Shown here in pieces: positions 54,875 through 64,000 of a stretch of DNA of 64,000 nucleotides (position 1 is its first letter; every line of letters starts with the position of its first letter). The notes beneath the pieces were generated by a model, which was given only the letters and a program-made list of their open reading frames with translations, was not told where the DNA came from and did no database searches. The DNA comes from Eubacteriales bacterium (GTDB lineage Bacteria; Bacillota; Clostridia; Oscillospirales; CAG-272): assembly GCA_045651165.1 (NCBI GenBank), contig JAZRRX010000039.1, forward strand, positions 111,448-175,447, read 5' to 3'. The translations under genes were made by a program, and so were the position numbers.

Positions 54875-56251
54875 TCATCCGATTTTAGGCAAGCTTGCGG
54901 CCGCTACTGACTGTCCTACTCTTCTTGCCTTTTCGTCTGGAATATTGAGGGTTATCTTTTCGTTGAGCTCGGGGAATTCAGTTGCTATTACCTCTCTTGC
55001 TTTATTAAGAAGGATTTCGCCACCGTCACCGCTTGTTACTCGTCCCATAATGAGAACGTGCTTTATATCGTAAAATTCAGCGTAGTAAGCAAGTGAATAG
55101 CCAAAATATGCACCGATTGTTTCATAGATTGCCTTGGCTCTTTCGTCGCCCTCTTTCATAAGGTTTTGTACTACCTTAAGCTTTTCTGCGGGAGAAAGAT
55201 TTTCGTCAAGGTCGATATTTGCATAGGGTGCGAGTTTGATAACTCCGTCCTGTGAGAAATACTTAACTCCACAGCCGTAATCACCCGACCACTCGTCAAC
55301 CATTGCGTCCTCGTTGTAGTCAACGGGAGCGAATGCAAGTTCGTTAAGCCACCCTGTGATGTTTCCGTCCATATCAACGTAACCTGCCGCCTCACTTGTG
55401 CCCATAGCGATACCGAGAATTCCGTTATCCTCAAGGCTCATAGCACCTGCAAGTGCAGTTACGTCACCGTCATTTGCAACTTCGATCGGGATATTTTCAC
55501 CGATCTCGCGCGCAACGTCGATATACATATTCTTTACTTTCTTTTCAAAATCGTCATCATTTACCTTAATAAAGAGTGATGCGACCATTATCTTATTATC
55601 AATGTAAACACCTGCGCTCGATACACCGATAGCATCAACTCTCGGCATGTGCGATGCGGCAGTTTTCATAGCACTCAGTATTCCCTCATAGTGATAATTG
55701 GGATCGCTATTGAGTTTAGGAAACCAAACTACTTCCTCGGAATATACGGTTTCACCGTTAACTACTGCAGACACCTTTCTGTCCGATCCGCCTGCATCAA
55801 AACCGATACGACATCCATCAAGGTGCTTACCTACGGGAGAAGCAGAGCTTTTTTCCACGGGCGCGTGTTCAAGATCGGTTACAACAACCTCAAACGGTCT
55901 TTCATATACTCTCTCCATAAACCTAACATCGAAATCTCTTGTTCCACCATAGCAGAAAGTATTTTTGATATATTCGCCAACGACTTCGCTTCCTGCAACT
56001 GTGATCTTATAACCACCTGCTACCCACAAAAGAGTTTTTGCAATTCTATCGATAAATTTGCAGTTTTCTTCGTCGTGACCTGTTCCGTCTTTATATATTC
56101 TTGTTTTATAAACGTATGTATAGCCTTGATTTCTTTCAACCGCAACAACGATGTCCTGTCCGTTGTCCTTTGTATTCTCTCTCATTTCTTTGCAAACGAG
56201 AGCCATTGGCATAAAGCCACCATCAAGCTTTGTATATTCTGTAGAAAGCAT
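54875..56251 (-). CDS. ASKHA-fold (ROK/BadF-like) sugar-kinase-like protein
   Basis: IGFDAGGSDRKV (phosphate-1-like) and GIAMGTSEAAGY; 458 aa; lies between nahK and galE. Confidence 0.5.
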   Translation of the reverse strand: MLSTEYTKLDGGFMPMALVCKEMRENTKDNGQDIVVAVERNQGYTYVYKTRIYKDGTGHDEENCKFIDRIAKTLLWVAGGYKITVAGSEVVGEYIKNTFCYGGTRDFDVRFMERVYERPFEVVVTDLEHAPVEKSSASPVGKHLDGCRIGFDAGGSDRKVSAVVNGETVYSEEVVWFPKLNSDPNYHYEGILSAMKTAASHMPRVDAIGVSSAGVYIDNKIMVASLFIKVNDDDFEKKVKNMYIDVAREIGENIPIEVANDGDVTALAGAMSLEDNGILGIAMGTSEAAGYVDMDGNITGWLNELAFAPVDYNEDAMVDEWSGDYGCGVKYFSQDGVIKLAPYANIDLDENLSPAEKLKVVQNLMKEGDERAKAIYETIGAYFGYSLAYYAEFYDIKHVLIMGRVTSGDGGEILLNKAREVIATEFPELNEKITLNIPDEKARRVGQSVAAASLPKIG

Positions 56252-56275
56252 AATAATTGTCTGCTCCTTTAGTCT

Positions 56276-57331
56276 TTATAAATATTTTTTTACGATTTCT
56301 ATCATTACGTCTTCATTTTTTTCCATTTCGGAGAGAAGCTTCATTTGTGTTCTACATCTATCCAAATTATGGTGTTCTCTATGAATTCTAAAGTATGTGT
56401 CACCGGAAAGATAATCGGTTAAAAAACGCATACCGCATTCGTAAGTCATAAGCATTGCACCAAAATGCATATTGGTTCTTTCGCCTTCTGTAAGCATATG
56501 CTTAACAAGTGGTAAAAAGCCTTTGCAATAACTTTCATAATACTCTTTAGAAAAATTAATCTTAGACAAATCAATCTCATCCTCGGCTCCGGTATTTGCA
56601 CCATAACGAATACTATCTCCGAAATCATAAAGAATACTACCCGACATAATGGTATCAAGATCAAGCACACCAACAACTCTATCGTTTGCCTCATCCACAA
56701 GAACATTATTGGGTTTGGTATCATTATGAGTCACGCGAAGCGGTATTTCACCACTCGCAATAAGGTCAAGAATTCTTGAACAATACTCTTTTCTTGATTT
56801 AAAAAATTCTACCTCTTCATTACAGCTGTTAACTCTTCCCATCAAATCAGCATCAACCGCAGCCTCAAATTTTTCAAATCTATCGACCGTATTGTGAAAA
56901 TTTTTGATGGGATCAAACAATTTGTCCGCTGGGTATCCATTAAGAAGATTTTGGAATTGACCAAAACCTCTTCCGGCAAGCTCAAACTGCTTGAGAGTGG
57001 CACCGGTTTCTACAGTTTCTCCTGAAAGGAAAGTATAAACTCTATAATAACCTTCCCCATCAAAATAATATGGCTTATTATCAAGTGTTGGAACTACCAA
57101 AAGTAATTCCTCTCCGTGATTGGGAGAATTTGCAATATATTCGGTTACTCCACAAATATTTGACATCAGCTCATCCACATTAGGAAAAGTTTTATTATTA
57201 ATTTTTTGTAATATATACTTGGTTCCATCTTCACATACTATAAGATATGTTGTATTAATATGCCCTGCGCCATAAATTTCAGCAGAAACAACTGTGGAAC
57301 ACAGATTAAAATTATTAGCTACGTTTTTCAT
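56276..57331 (-). CDS. nahK: N-acetylhexosamine 1-kinase-like phosphotransferase
   Basis: APH-type HNDTKPNNVLVD and LDLDTIMSGSILYDFGD; about 350 aa, like NahK/LnpB. Confidence 0.7.
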   Translation of the reverse strand: MKNVANNFNLCSTVVSAEIYGAGHINTTYLIVCEDGTKYILQKINNKTFPNVDELMSNICGVTEYIANSPNHGEELLLVVPTLDNKPYYFDGEGYYRVYTFLSGETVETGATLKQFELAGRGFGQFQNLLNGYPADKLFDPIKNFHNTVDRFEKFEAAVDADLMGRVNSCNEEVEFFKSRKEYCSRILDLIASGEIPLRVTHNDTKPNNVLVDEANDRVVGVLDLDTIMSGSILYDFGDSIRYGANTGAEDEIDLSKINFSKEYYESYCKGFLPLVKHMLTEGERTNMHFGAMLMTYECGMRFLTDYLSGDTYFRIHREHHNLDRCRTQMKLLSEMEKNEDVMIEIVKKYL

Positions 57332-57367
57332 CAATTATACCTTTCAAATACTATCTTAAGTTCAATT

Positions 57368-58504
57368 TTAAGATTCATATCTGAGGACACCTCCGATAAT
57401 TGTTTTCTTTACGTTAAATTCTTCATCAAGAACAACTATATCAGCATCCTTGCCCATCTCGATTGATCCCTTTTTGTCGGCAACGCCGATAGCATTTGCG
57501 GGATTGAGAGTTGCACAGTTTACGCATTCATAAAGCGGAATTGAGGAATTATTATACACATTCCAAACGCCCTTATTGAGCTTCAATACGCTTCCTGCGA
57601 TAGTTCCATCTTCAAGCTTACAAAGATTGTTCTTATAGATAATCTTTGCGCCTCCGAGTGTATATTCTCCCTCGGGGAGTCCTCCTGCAGGCAAACAGTC
57701 GGTGATAAAGCAGAGCTTTCTTCCCTTCATCTTGTAAACCATTTCATAGAGTGCAGGGTCAACGTGATATGTATCAACGATAAGCTCGCAAGAAACGTCG
57801 GAATTGAGTGCCGCACCAACAACACCCGGTGCACGATGAGTCATAGGAGTCATCGCATTAAAGAGATGTGTTGCGTGCTTAACACCGTTCTTTGTGCTTT
57901 CCATTGCGGTCTTATAGTCCGCAGAGGTGTGTCCCATAGACACTACAACGTTTGTTTCTTCTGCCATTCTCTTTATCTCAAGGAAATCCTTGTCCTCTTC
58001 GGGAGCGAGTGTTATTATCTTAATAATATCTGCATTTGCCTTGACAAAATCAGCATCAGGTTTGAGTATAAATCTCTCGTCCTGCGCACCCTTTTTAGAT
58101 GCGGAGATAAAAGGACCTTCCGCATGCACTCCAAGGATTTGAGAGCCATAATATTCACCGCTATTCTTAACAGAACGGCAAGCGTTAAGTACGCCATTTA
58201 TAACGGACATACTAACTGTCATTGTTGTAGGCAAAAAGCCGGTTACACCATTTTCAACGATTCCGCCAGCGATTGTTCTGATACTATCGGCGGTTGCATC
58301 GCAGACATCCTTCCCAAAATATCCGTGAATGTGCAAATCGATAAATCCGGGAGTTACATAACCGCCATCGCAATCAATAATCTCTGCGCTCTCGGGAATT
58401 TCATTTTCTTCTACTATTCCCTCTATTTTGTCGGAGATAAGTAATACCTTTTTCTCTACTATTTCATTTTCAAGTATGAGCTTTGCGTTTTTTATTGCAA
58501 GCAT
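57368..58504 (-). CDS. nagA: N-acetylglucosamine-6-phosphate deacetylase
   Basis: FIDLHIHGYFG and HLFNAM. Start set to the ATG at 58504 behind GAGGTG. Confidence 0.9.
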   Translation of the reverse strand: MLAIKNAKLILENEIVEKKVLLISDKIEGIVEENEIPESAEIIDCDGGYVTPGFIDLHIHGYFGKDVCDATADSIRTIAGGIVENGVTGFLPTTMTVSMSVINGVLNACRSVKNSGEYYGSQILGVHAEGPFISASKKGAQDERFILKPDADFVKANADIIKIITLAPEEDKDFLEIKRMAEETNVVVSMGHTSADYKTAMESTKNGVKHATHLFNAMTPMTHRAPGVVGAALNSDVSCELIVDTYHVDPALYEMVYKMKGRKLCFITDCLPAGGLPEGEYTLGGAKIIYKNNLCKLEDGTIAGSVLKLNKGVWNVYNNSSIPLYECVNCATLNPANAIGVADKKGSIEMGKDADIVVLDEEFNVKKTIIGGVLRYES

Positions 58505-58527
58505 AAGCACCTCAAAATTATTTTTTA

Positions 58528-58647
58528 TTAAATATTTAAGCTTTCAATATATGCGGCCAATGATTTAGCCAACTCTTCGTGCGCTTCCTTTGTTGGATGT
58601 CCATTCACGCCAGATGCATTAGGAACAAATTCAAAAGGATTGAATAT
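58528..58647 (-). pseudogene. C-terminal remnant of an SGNH/GDSL-type hydrolase
   Basis: A 39-codon open frame reads IFNPFEFVPNASGVNGHPTKEAHEELAKSLAAYIESLNI, resembling SGNH block V (GxHP). No upstream coding continuation. Confidence 0.3.
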
Positions 58648-58785
58648 TTACAACAGGCTCTTGGAACAATCCGTCCTCCTTATTATATCACAAAAACAAA
58701 TAAAGTACAATATTAAAATGATAATTAATTATATTTTTGCACTTTATTTTGCACTTTATTTTTATAATCTAAAATAATATTCCCC

Positions 58786-58828
58786 TGTTACACAATTTGA
58801 CTCCTTGTGCTACGCAGTTTGTTACGCA
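58786..58828 (+). repeat. Triple TGTTACRCA module C
   Basis: TGTTACACA 58786-58794, the variant TGTGCTACGCA 58806-58816, and TGTTACGCA 58820-58828. Same spacing pattern as modules A and B. Confidence 0.55.
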
Positions 58829-58954
58829 ATTATGTTTTTAAATCACTTTAGTGTTCAAAAATTCCGTTAATTCCGCACAAAATATAGGTCAAACAATGAA
58901 ACTTAAGGTCGTTATTCACTATGTGTAATGACCGAAAGTTTAAAAATTGACCAG

Positions 58955-58999
58955 TTGGGGTGGTAGAGGCCGCAGGTTCAAGTCTTGTCACTCAGACCA
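58955..58999 (+). repeat. tRNA-Pro 3'-half copy (probable ancestral 3' end, att-like)
   Basis: 43/45 identical to 21511-21555 (mismatches at 58985 and 58993), including CCA; followed directly by a strong terminator. Confidence 0.85.
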
Positions 59000-59046
59000 T
59001 ATCGAGTGTTCATAACTGATGTTAGAACACTCGATATTTTTTTGCT
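58999..59046 (+). terminator. Terminator following the tRNA 3'-half copy
   Basis: 13-bp stem ATATCGAGTGTTC/GAACACTCGATAT followed by TTTTTTT. Confidence 0.8.
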
Positions 59047-59104
59047 TGTATTTACTTAATATTTACTTGTTTTGAGCAGATTCATCTGCTCTTTTTTCTT
59101 TGGG

Positions 59105-60289
59105 TTATACTGCGCTTGGGAGATATTCGATAGCCACTCCCTGCCGTGAGTCAAGCTTGTCGGTGTGCTTGGGAACGATGCTCGGCAGATCGATACAACC
59201 TACGAAACGATAATGAATGATAAGTCGATGCGTTCTGTTCTTGCCTGTTCCTTCAATCGGGAAAACCTCTATCTTGTCGATGAGTTCTTGAAGAACAATC
59301 GGGGTGAGCGTTTGCATCGTCATAAACTTATGGATTGCTCGGATAAAGCTGCCCGATGAGTTTTGTGCGGTGTTAAGGCGGTCAAGCTTGTTCTTCAAGC
59401 CAAACATCTGCTTCTTGAGTTCTTCTTGCTCAACCTCGTATTTGTGAGACAGTCGCATAAACCAATCGTATGTCACCTTGGCATTGACATTATCCTCATA
59501 CACTCTCTCATATAGCCGGAGCAGTTCTTGACTTCGTGCCGTAGCCGCCGCCAAGGCACTCTCTGCCGTTTTTCTTTCAGCCATCGAGTCCTTGTTGCTC
59601 TTTCGTTCCAAAAGCTCTGCAAAGGCATTCTCGTCGAGATCAAGGTAGGTGGCGAGCTTGAACAGTTCCATCTTCACCACCTGCTCCAAGGAATCCTCTC
59701 TGACGTAATGCGTTGACTCACAGGTGCCGCGAAGCCCCTTGCAGTTGGAGCAACTGTAAAAGCGAATGCTCGGATTTTGTTTGTTGATGTTAAACCATAG
59801 CTTGTGTCCGCAATCTCCACAATAAAGAAGATTTGTAAAGATGCTTTTCTTCACGTTCTCGTTCTTTGGCTTGCAGCGTTTGGAATTCTTGCTTAGCTCT
59901 TGTACCCTTTCCCAAGTCTCACGGTCAATGATCGGCTCGTGAACGTCCTTGAAGATCGCCCAATTCTCTTTAGGATTCTCAATGCGGGTTTTGTTGCGGA
60001 AGGATTTGGAATAGCTCTTGAAATTGATGATATCTCCGCAATACTCCTGTTGTTCAAGCATCTTGGCTATCGTGATCTTGCACCACTTATACGGATCGGG
60101 CTGTGTCTTCTTACCACCTCTACTCATACCCTTACTCTGCCAATAGGCTTGTGGCACAAGAACCTTATCGTCTTGGAGAATCCTTGCGATAGTCTCGTTT
60201 CCATTCCCCTCAATACAAAGGCGGAATATTCTCCTCACAATCTCTGCCGCATCGGGATCAATGATCCACTTCTTTTTGTTCTCGGGATC
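59105..60289 (-). pseudogene. Large serine recombinase, 5'-truncated (catalytic resolvase domain missing)
   Basis: The frame reads DPENKKKWIIDPDAAEIVRRIFRL from 60289, right after an in-frame stop. It has the recombinase domain, a zinc ribbon (CGDCGHKLW ... CSNCKGLRGTC) and a coiled coil, but no N-terminal Ser domain. Visibly GC-rich. Confidence 0.8.
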
Positions 60290-60591
60290 CTATTTCACAT
60301 ATTCATGAAAGGTATTTTGAGAAAATCACAATTGATGATTTGTTACAAATTGCGCATATGTCCCGCACGGTATATATCCAAAAATTCAAAGATATTTGCA
60401 AAATGTCGCCCGCCGCTTACATCAACAAAACGCGAATAGAATCCGCATCTGTAATGCTTGCCAACACCTCTATGAGCGTATCTGAAATTGCGTATCGAAC
60501 GGGTTTTTACGATGCATCTCATTTCACAAAATCATTTGAAAACTTTTATAAAATCTCTCCAATTGAATATAGAAAACAAAAAACAAAATAA
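60290..60591 (+). pseudogene. AraC-family regulator, C-terminal HTH domain only
   Basis: ISHIHERYFEKITIDDLLQIAHMSRTVYIQKFK ... SVSEIAYRTGFYDASHFTKSFENFYKISPIEYRK. The N-terminal sensor domain is absent, and the fragment abuts the recombinase remnant. Confidence 0.75.
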
Positions 60592-60633
60592 AAATTTGAT
60601 TGATATTTTCACTTCCTTTCGGTTAGATATAAT

Positions 60634-60666
60634 AAAAAGGAGAAGCTCTCGCTTCTCCTTTTTTAT
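60634..60666. terminator. Bidirectional terminator
   Basis: Stem AAGGAGAAGC/GCTTCTCCTT, loop TCTC, flanked by A- and T-runs. Confidence 0.8.
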
Positions 60667-60669
60667 TTA

Positions 60670-61689
60670 TTAGTCATAGAATTCGTCAATAAAGTATGCA
60701 CGGCTATAAGCAGTATTTCCATTTCCGTCCACCAAAGTAATACGAATATATGGATTTTTATTTATGCCCTGATTTTCCATATTCAGATGCCAAGCAATGT
60801 CAAATTCAACTTCAGTTAACAGATTTTCTTCATCTCTTTGGGAAAACAGATGTCTGTTATCGGCTGAAAGTCCAACAAACGCAACCGGTGATGTAACGAT
60901 TTTAACAACGCCGTTATTGATTGAGATTTCAAATATTTCAGGTCCCGTAGAAGCATAAAATTCACCGTTTTTCAATGCTTCAAAAACACTGCTGTATGTC
61001 AACTCTTTTGAACCTATCATAACGTATCCGCCAAAGCAATCCCTCAATTTGTGCGCATCGTCAGTAGCCAATGGGAAAACCTTTTCTCCATTTCTCAAAA
61101 GATCATCAAACGGCTGTGCGGTATCAAAATATCCATTTCTTGCGCATCCCGTGTTGTAAAGCTCAATTCCCCACAATCCTTTAAGACCTGCATAATCGGA
61201 ATAATTCTGCAAGGACCACACAGGATGATTATATGAAACCAAGCATCCCTCATCATTTGCCATTTTTATTACCTTGTTGACGTCTTCAACATCATAAATA
61301 CGGTTATATTGCGATGCTTCTTGCTCTTTTGTAATATATTGATACGAATGTTCAAGCCACATCTTGTTCTTGTTAAACGTACTAAAGCAATTTTTGTTTT
61401 CATCAGGGGAATAAATATTTAAATGGTACGTTTTTGCAAATGAGAAATCACAATCAACTCTGTTATTTGTGCTTATCTCGGTTGCCGTAAGAGCAACAAA
61501 GTTTTCATCGGTAAGCTCTGGGTGTGGCACCATAACCTCGTGATCGGTAAAGGCAACGATAGAATATCCCTTTTCCATATACATTTGCTTTACTTCTTCA
61601 GGGGAAAAATCCCCGTCAGAAACAGTTGTATGAACATGCAAATTTGCCTTATAAAAATCACCAACGTTTTTTAAAAGATATTTTCGCAT
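60670..61689 (-). CDS. PHP-domain metal-dependent phosphoesterase
   Basis: ANLHVHTTVSDG at the N-terminus, with later His/Asp clusters (FTDHE, DDAH). Confidence 0.7.
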   Translation of the reverse strand: MRKYLLKNVGDFYKANLHVHTTVSDGDFSPEEVKQMYMEKGYSIVAFTDHEVMVPHPELTDENFVALTATEISTNNRVDCDFSFAKTYHLNIYSPDENKNCFSTFNKNKMWLEHSYQYITKEQEASQYNRIYDVEDVNKVIKMANDEGCLVSYNHPVWSLQNYSDYAGLKGLWGIELYNTGCARNGYFDTAQPFDDLLRNGEKVFPLATDDAHKLRDCFGGYVMIGSKELTYSSVFEALKNGEFYASTGPEIFEISINNGVVKIVTSPVAFVGLSADNRHLFSQRDEENLLTEVEFDIAWHLNMENQGINKNPYIRITLVDGNGNTAYSRAYFIDEFYD

Positions 61690-61691
61690 AA

Positions 61692-63425
61692 TTATTTTGA
61701 TATAATTTTACTTAATCTTTCAACATCAACCTTAATATTGTGTTCATCATCAAGCAAGCCGTTAACTTCCTGCTGAACATCAGTGAGCTGAGTATAGCAG
61801 AAGCCTTGGAATTTACATTCTTTAATACCATCTATAAGTTCTTCCAATCTATTAAAAAACTCATCACAATTTTTCGCTGCAGAATTATATCCCCAGTTGC
61901 CGTTTCTTTGGTCTTTTTCAAACATAATTCCACCAAACTCCGTAAACAATACGGGCTGACCAAGATAGGGGTTATTATTTGCAAGAACTTTTCTAAATGT
62001 TTGGAAAGCATCATCATATGTCCCTTCGTTATATCTTGCATTTAGTTCTCGACCCAAGCTTGAATAGTCATGTATTGCCAAAATGTCACTGTCGGACATA
62101 TTTTCCCAGCCGTCATTTGTAGAAACAAGTCTTGAAGGATCAATTGCTTTTGTTAAATAATACAAAGATGATGCAAAATTCTGCTGTTCATGATTAAGCA
62201 TTATTTTTCTTACACCCCAAGATTCATTAATCGGAACGTAAGTGATGATTGATGAAAATTTCTTTGCGGTATTAACGATTTCCTGCCACTCCTTGGTAAT
62301 GTATGCTACTTCATCAGCATTGAAATTATAAGCCGAAGGCATTTCGCACCAAGTTAAAAGTCCCATTTCATCCGCATAATAGTAATAGTAAGGGTCCTCA
62401 AACTTCTGATGCTTTCTTGCACCGTTAAAGCCCATATCCTTAGTAATCTGAACGTCTTTCTTGATCTCCTCAATGCTTGGGGGAGTAAGACCGGAATCCT
62501 TCCAATATCCCTGATCCAATATCAAGCGCTGATAGAGAGGTTTGTTATTAAGCAATACTCGTCCATCTTGAACACTAATCTTTCTCATACCGAATCTTGT
62601 GTGAACAGTATCAAGCAGTTCGTTATCTTTATATGCACTAATATCAACATAGAAAAGATTGGGATGCTCAGGCGCCCAATAAGTTACCTCATCAACAAAA
62701 TTAAGCTCCATCATATTAACACTATAGCGAGTATATTTACCATCTGGGGAAATCATCTGGCGCTTAATGAGTTTATTATCATAATAAACTTTAATTTCAA
62801 TCAAATCAGCAAGTGAATTTCTAAGTTTGATTTCTCCACTAAAAGAATTGGTATCTATATCTGGAGTAATTGAAAAATCTTCAATGGAATCCTTGCCAAC
62901 ATAGTCAATCCAAACACTCTGCCAAATACCACTATTAGGTATATACCAACAGCTAAATGGATCATTTAACCAAGATTGCTTGCCTCTTGGAATAGTTGGG
63001 TCAAGTGGGTCAAAGCACTTGACAACGATTGTATTATCTCCTTCAAGAACAAATTTGGTAATGTCGACTGTAAAAGGAGCAAAACCACCTTGATGTGAGG
63101 TCGCAAAATGTCCGTTAACCCAAACTGTAGTGATATAATCACTCGCATTAAATCCAAGTATTACATTCTTATCAAGTTTATCATAAACAAAGCTCTTTCT
63201 ATACCATAAAGTATCGTGGAATGATTTATCCCCGATTCCACTATCCTCATATTGATATGTAAAAGGAACGTTGATTTCCTTTGAGAATTTCACATTGCCT
63301 TTATAAATTCCTCTCAAATCACCATCATGATTATCATCAAATTCAAATTCCCATATTCCGTTTAATGATAACCACTCGTCTCTTCTAAAATGCGGTCTTG
63401 GATATTCATTTCTTAATCTCAACAT
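61692..63425 (-). CDS. Glycoside hydrolase family 2 enzyme
   Basis: GH2 layout with INESWGV (acid/base NE) and N-terminal sugar-binding-type sequence. Start set to the ATG at 63425 behind AGGAG. Confidence 0.8.
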   Translation of the reverse strand: MLRLRNEYPRPHFRRDEWLSLNGIWEFEFDDNHDGDLRGIYKGNVKFSKEINVPFTYQYEDSGIGDKSFHDTLWYRKSFVYDKLDKNVILGFNASDYITTVWVNGHFATSHQGGFAPFTVDITKFVLEGDNTIVVKCFDPLDPTIPRGKQSWLNDPFSCWYIPNSGIWQSVWIDYVGKDSIEDFSITPDIDTNSFSGEIKLRNSLADLIEIKVYYDNKLIKRQMISPDGKYTRYSVNMMELNFVDEVTYWAPEHPNLFYVDISAYKDNELLDTVHTRFGMRKISVQDGRVLLNNKPLYQRLILDQGYWKDSGLTPPSIEEIKKDVQITKDMGFNGARKHQKFEDPYYYYYADEMGLLTWCEMPSAYNFNADEVAYITKEWQEIVNTAKKFSSIITYVPINESWGVRKIMLNHEQQNFASSLYYLTKAIDPSRLVSTNDGWENMSDSDILAIHDYSSLGRELNARYNEGTYDDAFQTFRKVLANNNPYLGQPVLFTEFGGIMFEKDQRNGNWGYNSAAKNCDEFFNRLEELIDGIKECKFQGFCYTQLTDVQQEVNGLLDDEHNIKVDVERLSKIISK

Positions 63426-63510
63426 ACTAAAAACTCCTATTTGTATGATTTTTTTCATAAGAAAATATATTTTACACTAAATATACTTTATTACAAGAAA
63501 AATCTTGTCG

Positions 63511-63550
63511 GTGTTAAGGCGAAAGACGAAATATGCTTTCGCCTTAACAC
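63511..63550 (-). terminator. Hairpin downstream of the GLUG-motif gene
   Basis: 15-bp stem GTGTTAAGGCGAAAG/CTTTCGCCTTAACAC; the U-tract on the minus strand lies a few nt away. Confidence 0.55.
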
Positions 63551-63628
63551 TTATAATAATTTTATATGATAAAATTGACTTTCTGTGATTTACTAATTAA
63601 ACCAATATAAGAAAGTATAAACTAATGA

Positions 63629-64000
63629 TTATTTCTTACCGATAATGTCGCCCGAGTTAGAGCCTTCAACCACACCGTTGTTTACATTAGTAGTATTTAT
63701 CAAATCAAAATGTGTGGTAGCATAGAGCTGACCAACTATACCACCCGCAATATCCGTGGTAGCTTTTACATGGCCGTTGTTGGTACATTCAGTTACCTTT
63801 CCGTATGCTTTACCTACTATACCAGCAACTTGACCGGGAGCGGTAATTGTGCCATTATTTACACATCCGGAAATCACTCCATTTGTATCACCAGCGACAC
63901 CACCAACACCCCATGTGCCTTGAACATTACCAATATTTATGCATTCTGTAATAATTGCCATACCTGTAGCAGATGTATTACCCTCTAAAATACCAAATAT
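63629..64000 (-). CDS. GLUG-motif repeat protein, C-terminal part (5' end outside window)
   Basis: The frame stays open to nt 64000. Repeated GGVAG / GIVGK / GGIVGQ units are typical of GLUG motifs. Confidence 0.6.
   Translation of the reverse strand: MFGILEGNTSATGMAIITECINIGNVQGTWGVGGVAGDTNGVISGCVNNGTITAPGQVAGIVGKAYGKVTECTNNGHVKATTDIAGGIVGQLYATTHFDLINTTNVNNGVVEGSNSGDIIGKK

Larger units (their letters stand above)
52296..58954. mobile_element. Sugar-salvage segment bracketed by two tRNA 3'-half repeats (status as mobile DNA uncertain)
   Basis: Flanked by the 52250-52295 and 58955-58999 repeats, with TGTTACRCA module C near the right end. No recombinase inside. Confidence 0.35.

Noticed and set aside
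58739-58762. Perfect tandem duplication GCACTTTATTTT x2
   Set aside because: It is a short AT-rich slippage-type duplication in a promoter-like region, with nothing else supporting a function.
60340-60591. Intact small AraC-type regulator
   Set aside because: AraC similarity continues upstream of the annotated start to about 60290 and then stops at the recombinase junction. It is the C-terminal domain of a truncated gene.

Overview
AT-rich, Clostridia-like chromosomal window (taxonomy inferred only from composition and gene families). 1-20.9 kb is ordinary core: a 5'-truncated surface repeat protein, surE, two NrnA-like DHH phosphoesterases, a HAD hydrolase, a TetR/ABC-2 exporter operon, M32 carboxypeptidase, a barnase-like lipoprotein RNase, xth, tdk, pepT, and a GH36 alpha-galactosidase with a GPH symporter. 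At 21480 sits an intact tRNA-Pro(GGG). Three partial copies of it follow in the same orientation (47030, 52250, 58955), all breaking at the anticodon loop. They define a roughly 38 kb composite of tandem or nested integrated segments. Segment 1 (21.6-47.0 kb) has one tyrosine integrase, a HEPN-like plus PIN-like gene pair, a zinc-ribbon LRR protein, a small serine recombinase, and a 12-gene co-directional block. That block holds four C5-cytosine methyltransferases, a LlaJI/McrBC-like restriction pair, a DUF262 plus HEPN pair, a TipAS-only protein and a peptide deformylase. Segment 2 (47.1-52.2 kb) has a Fic protein, an S1 protease, a sigma/anti-sigma pair, and the feature I consider most unusual. 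This is a tandem array of six to seven ~42-nt stem-loops (49315-49631) with a near-invariant loop and covarying stems, which matches no class I recognise. Segment 3 (52.3-58.9 kb) carries nahK/galE/nagA-type amino-sugar salvage genes. Next come a 5'-truncated large serine recombinase abutting a 5'-truncated AraC gene, then PHP, GH2 and GLUG-motif genes. Three copies of a triple TGTTACRCA module with conserved spacing lie next to the att-like sites. All calls rest on motif reading by eye. No database search or computation was run, and hand-derived coordinates of small features may be off by 1-2 nt.
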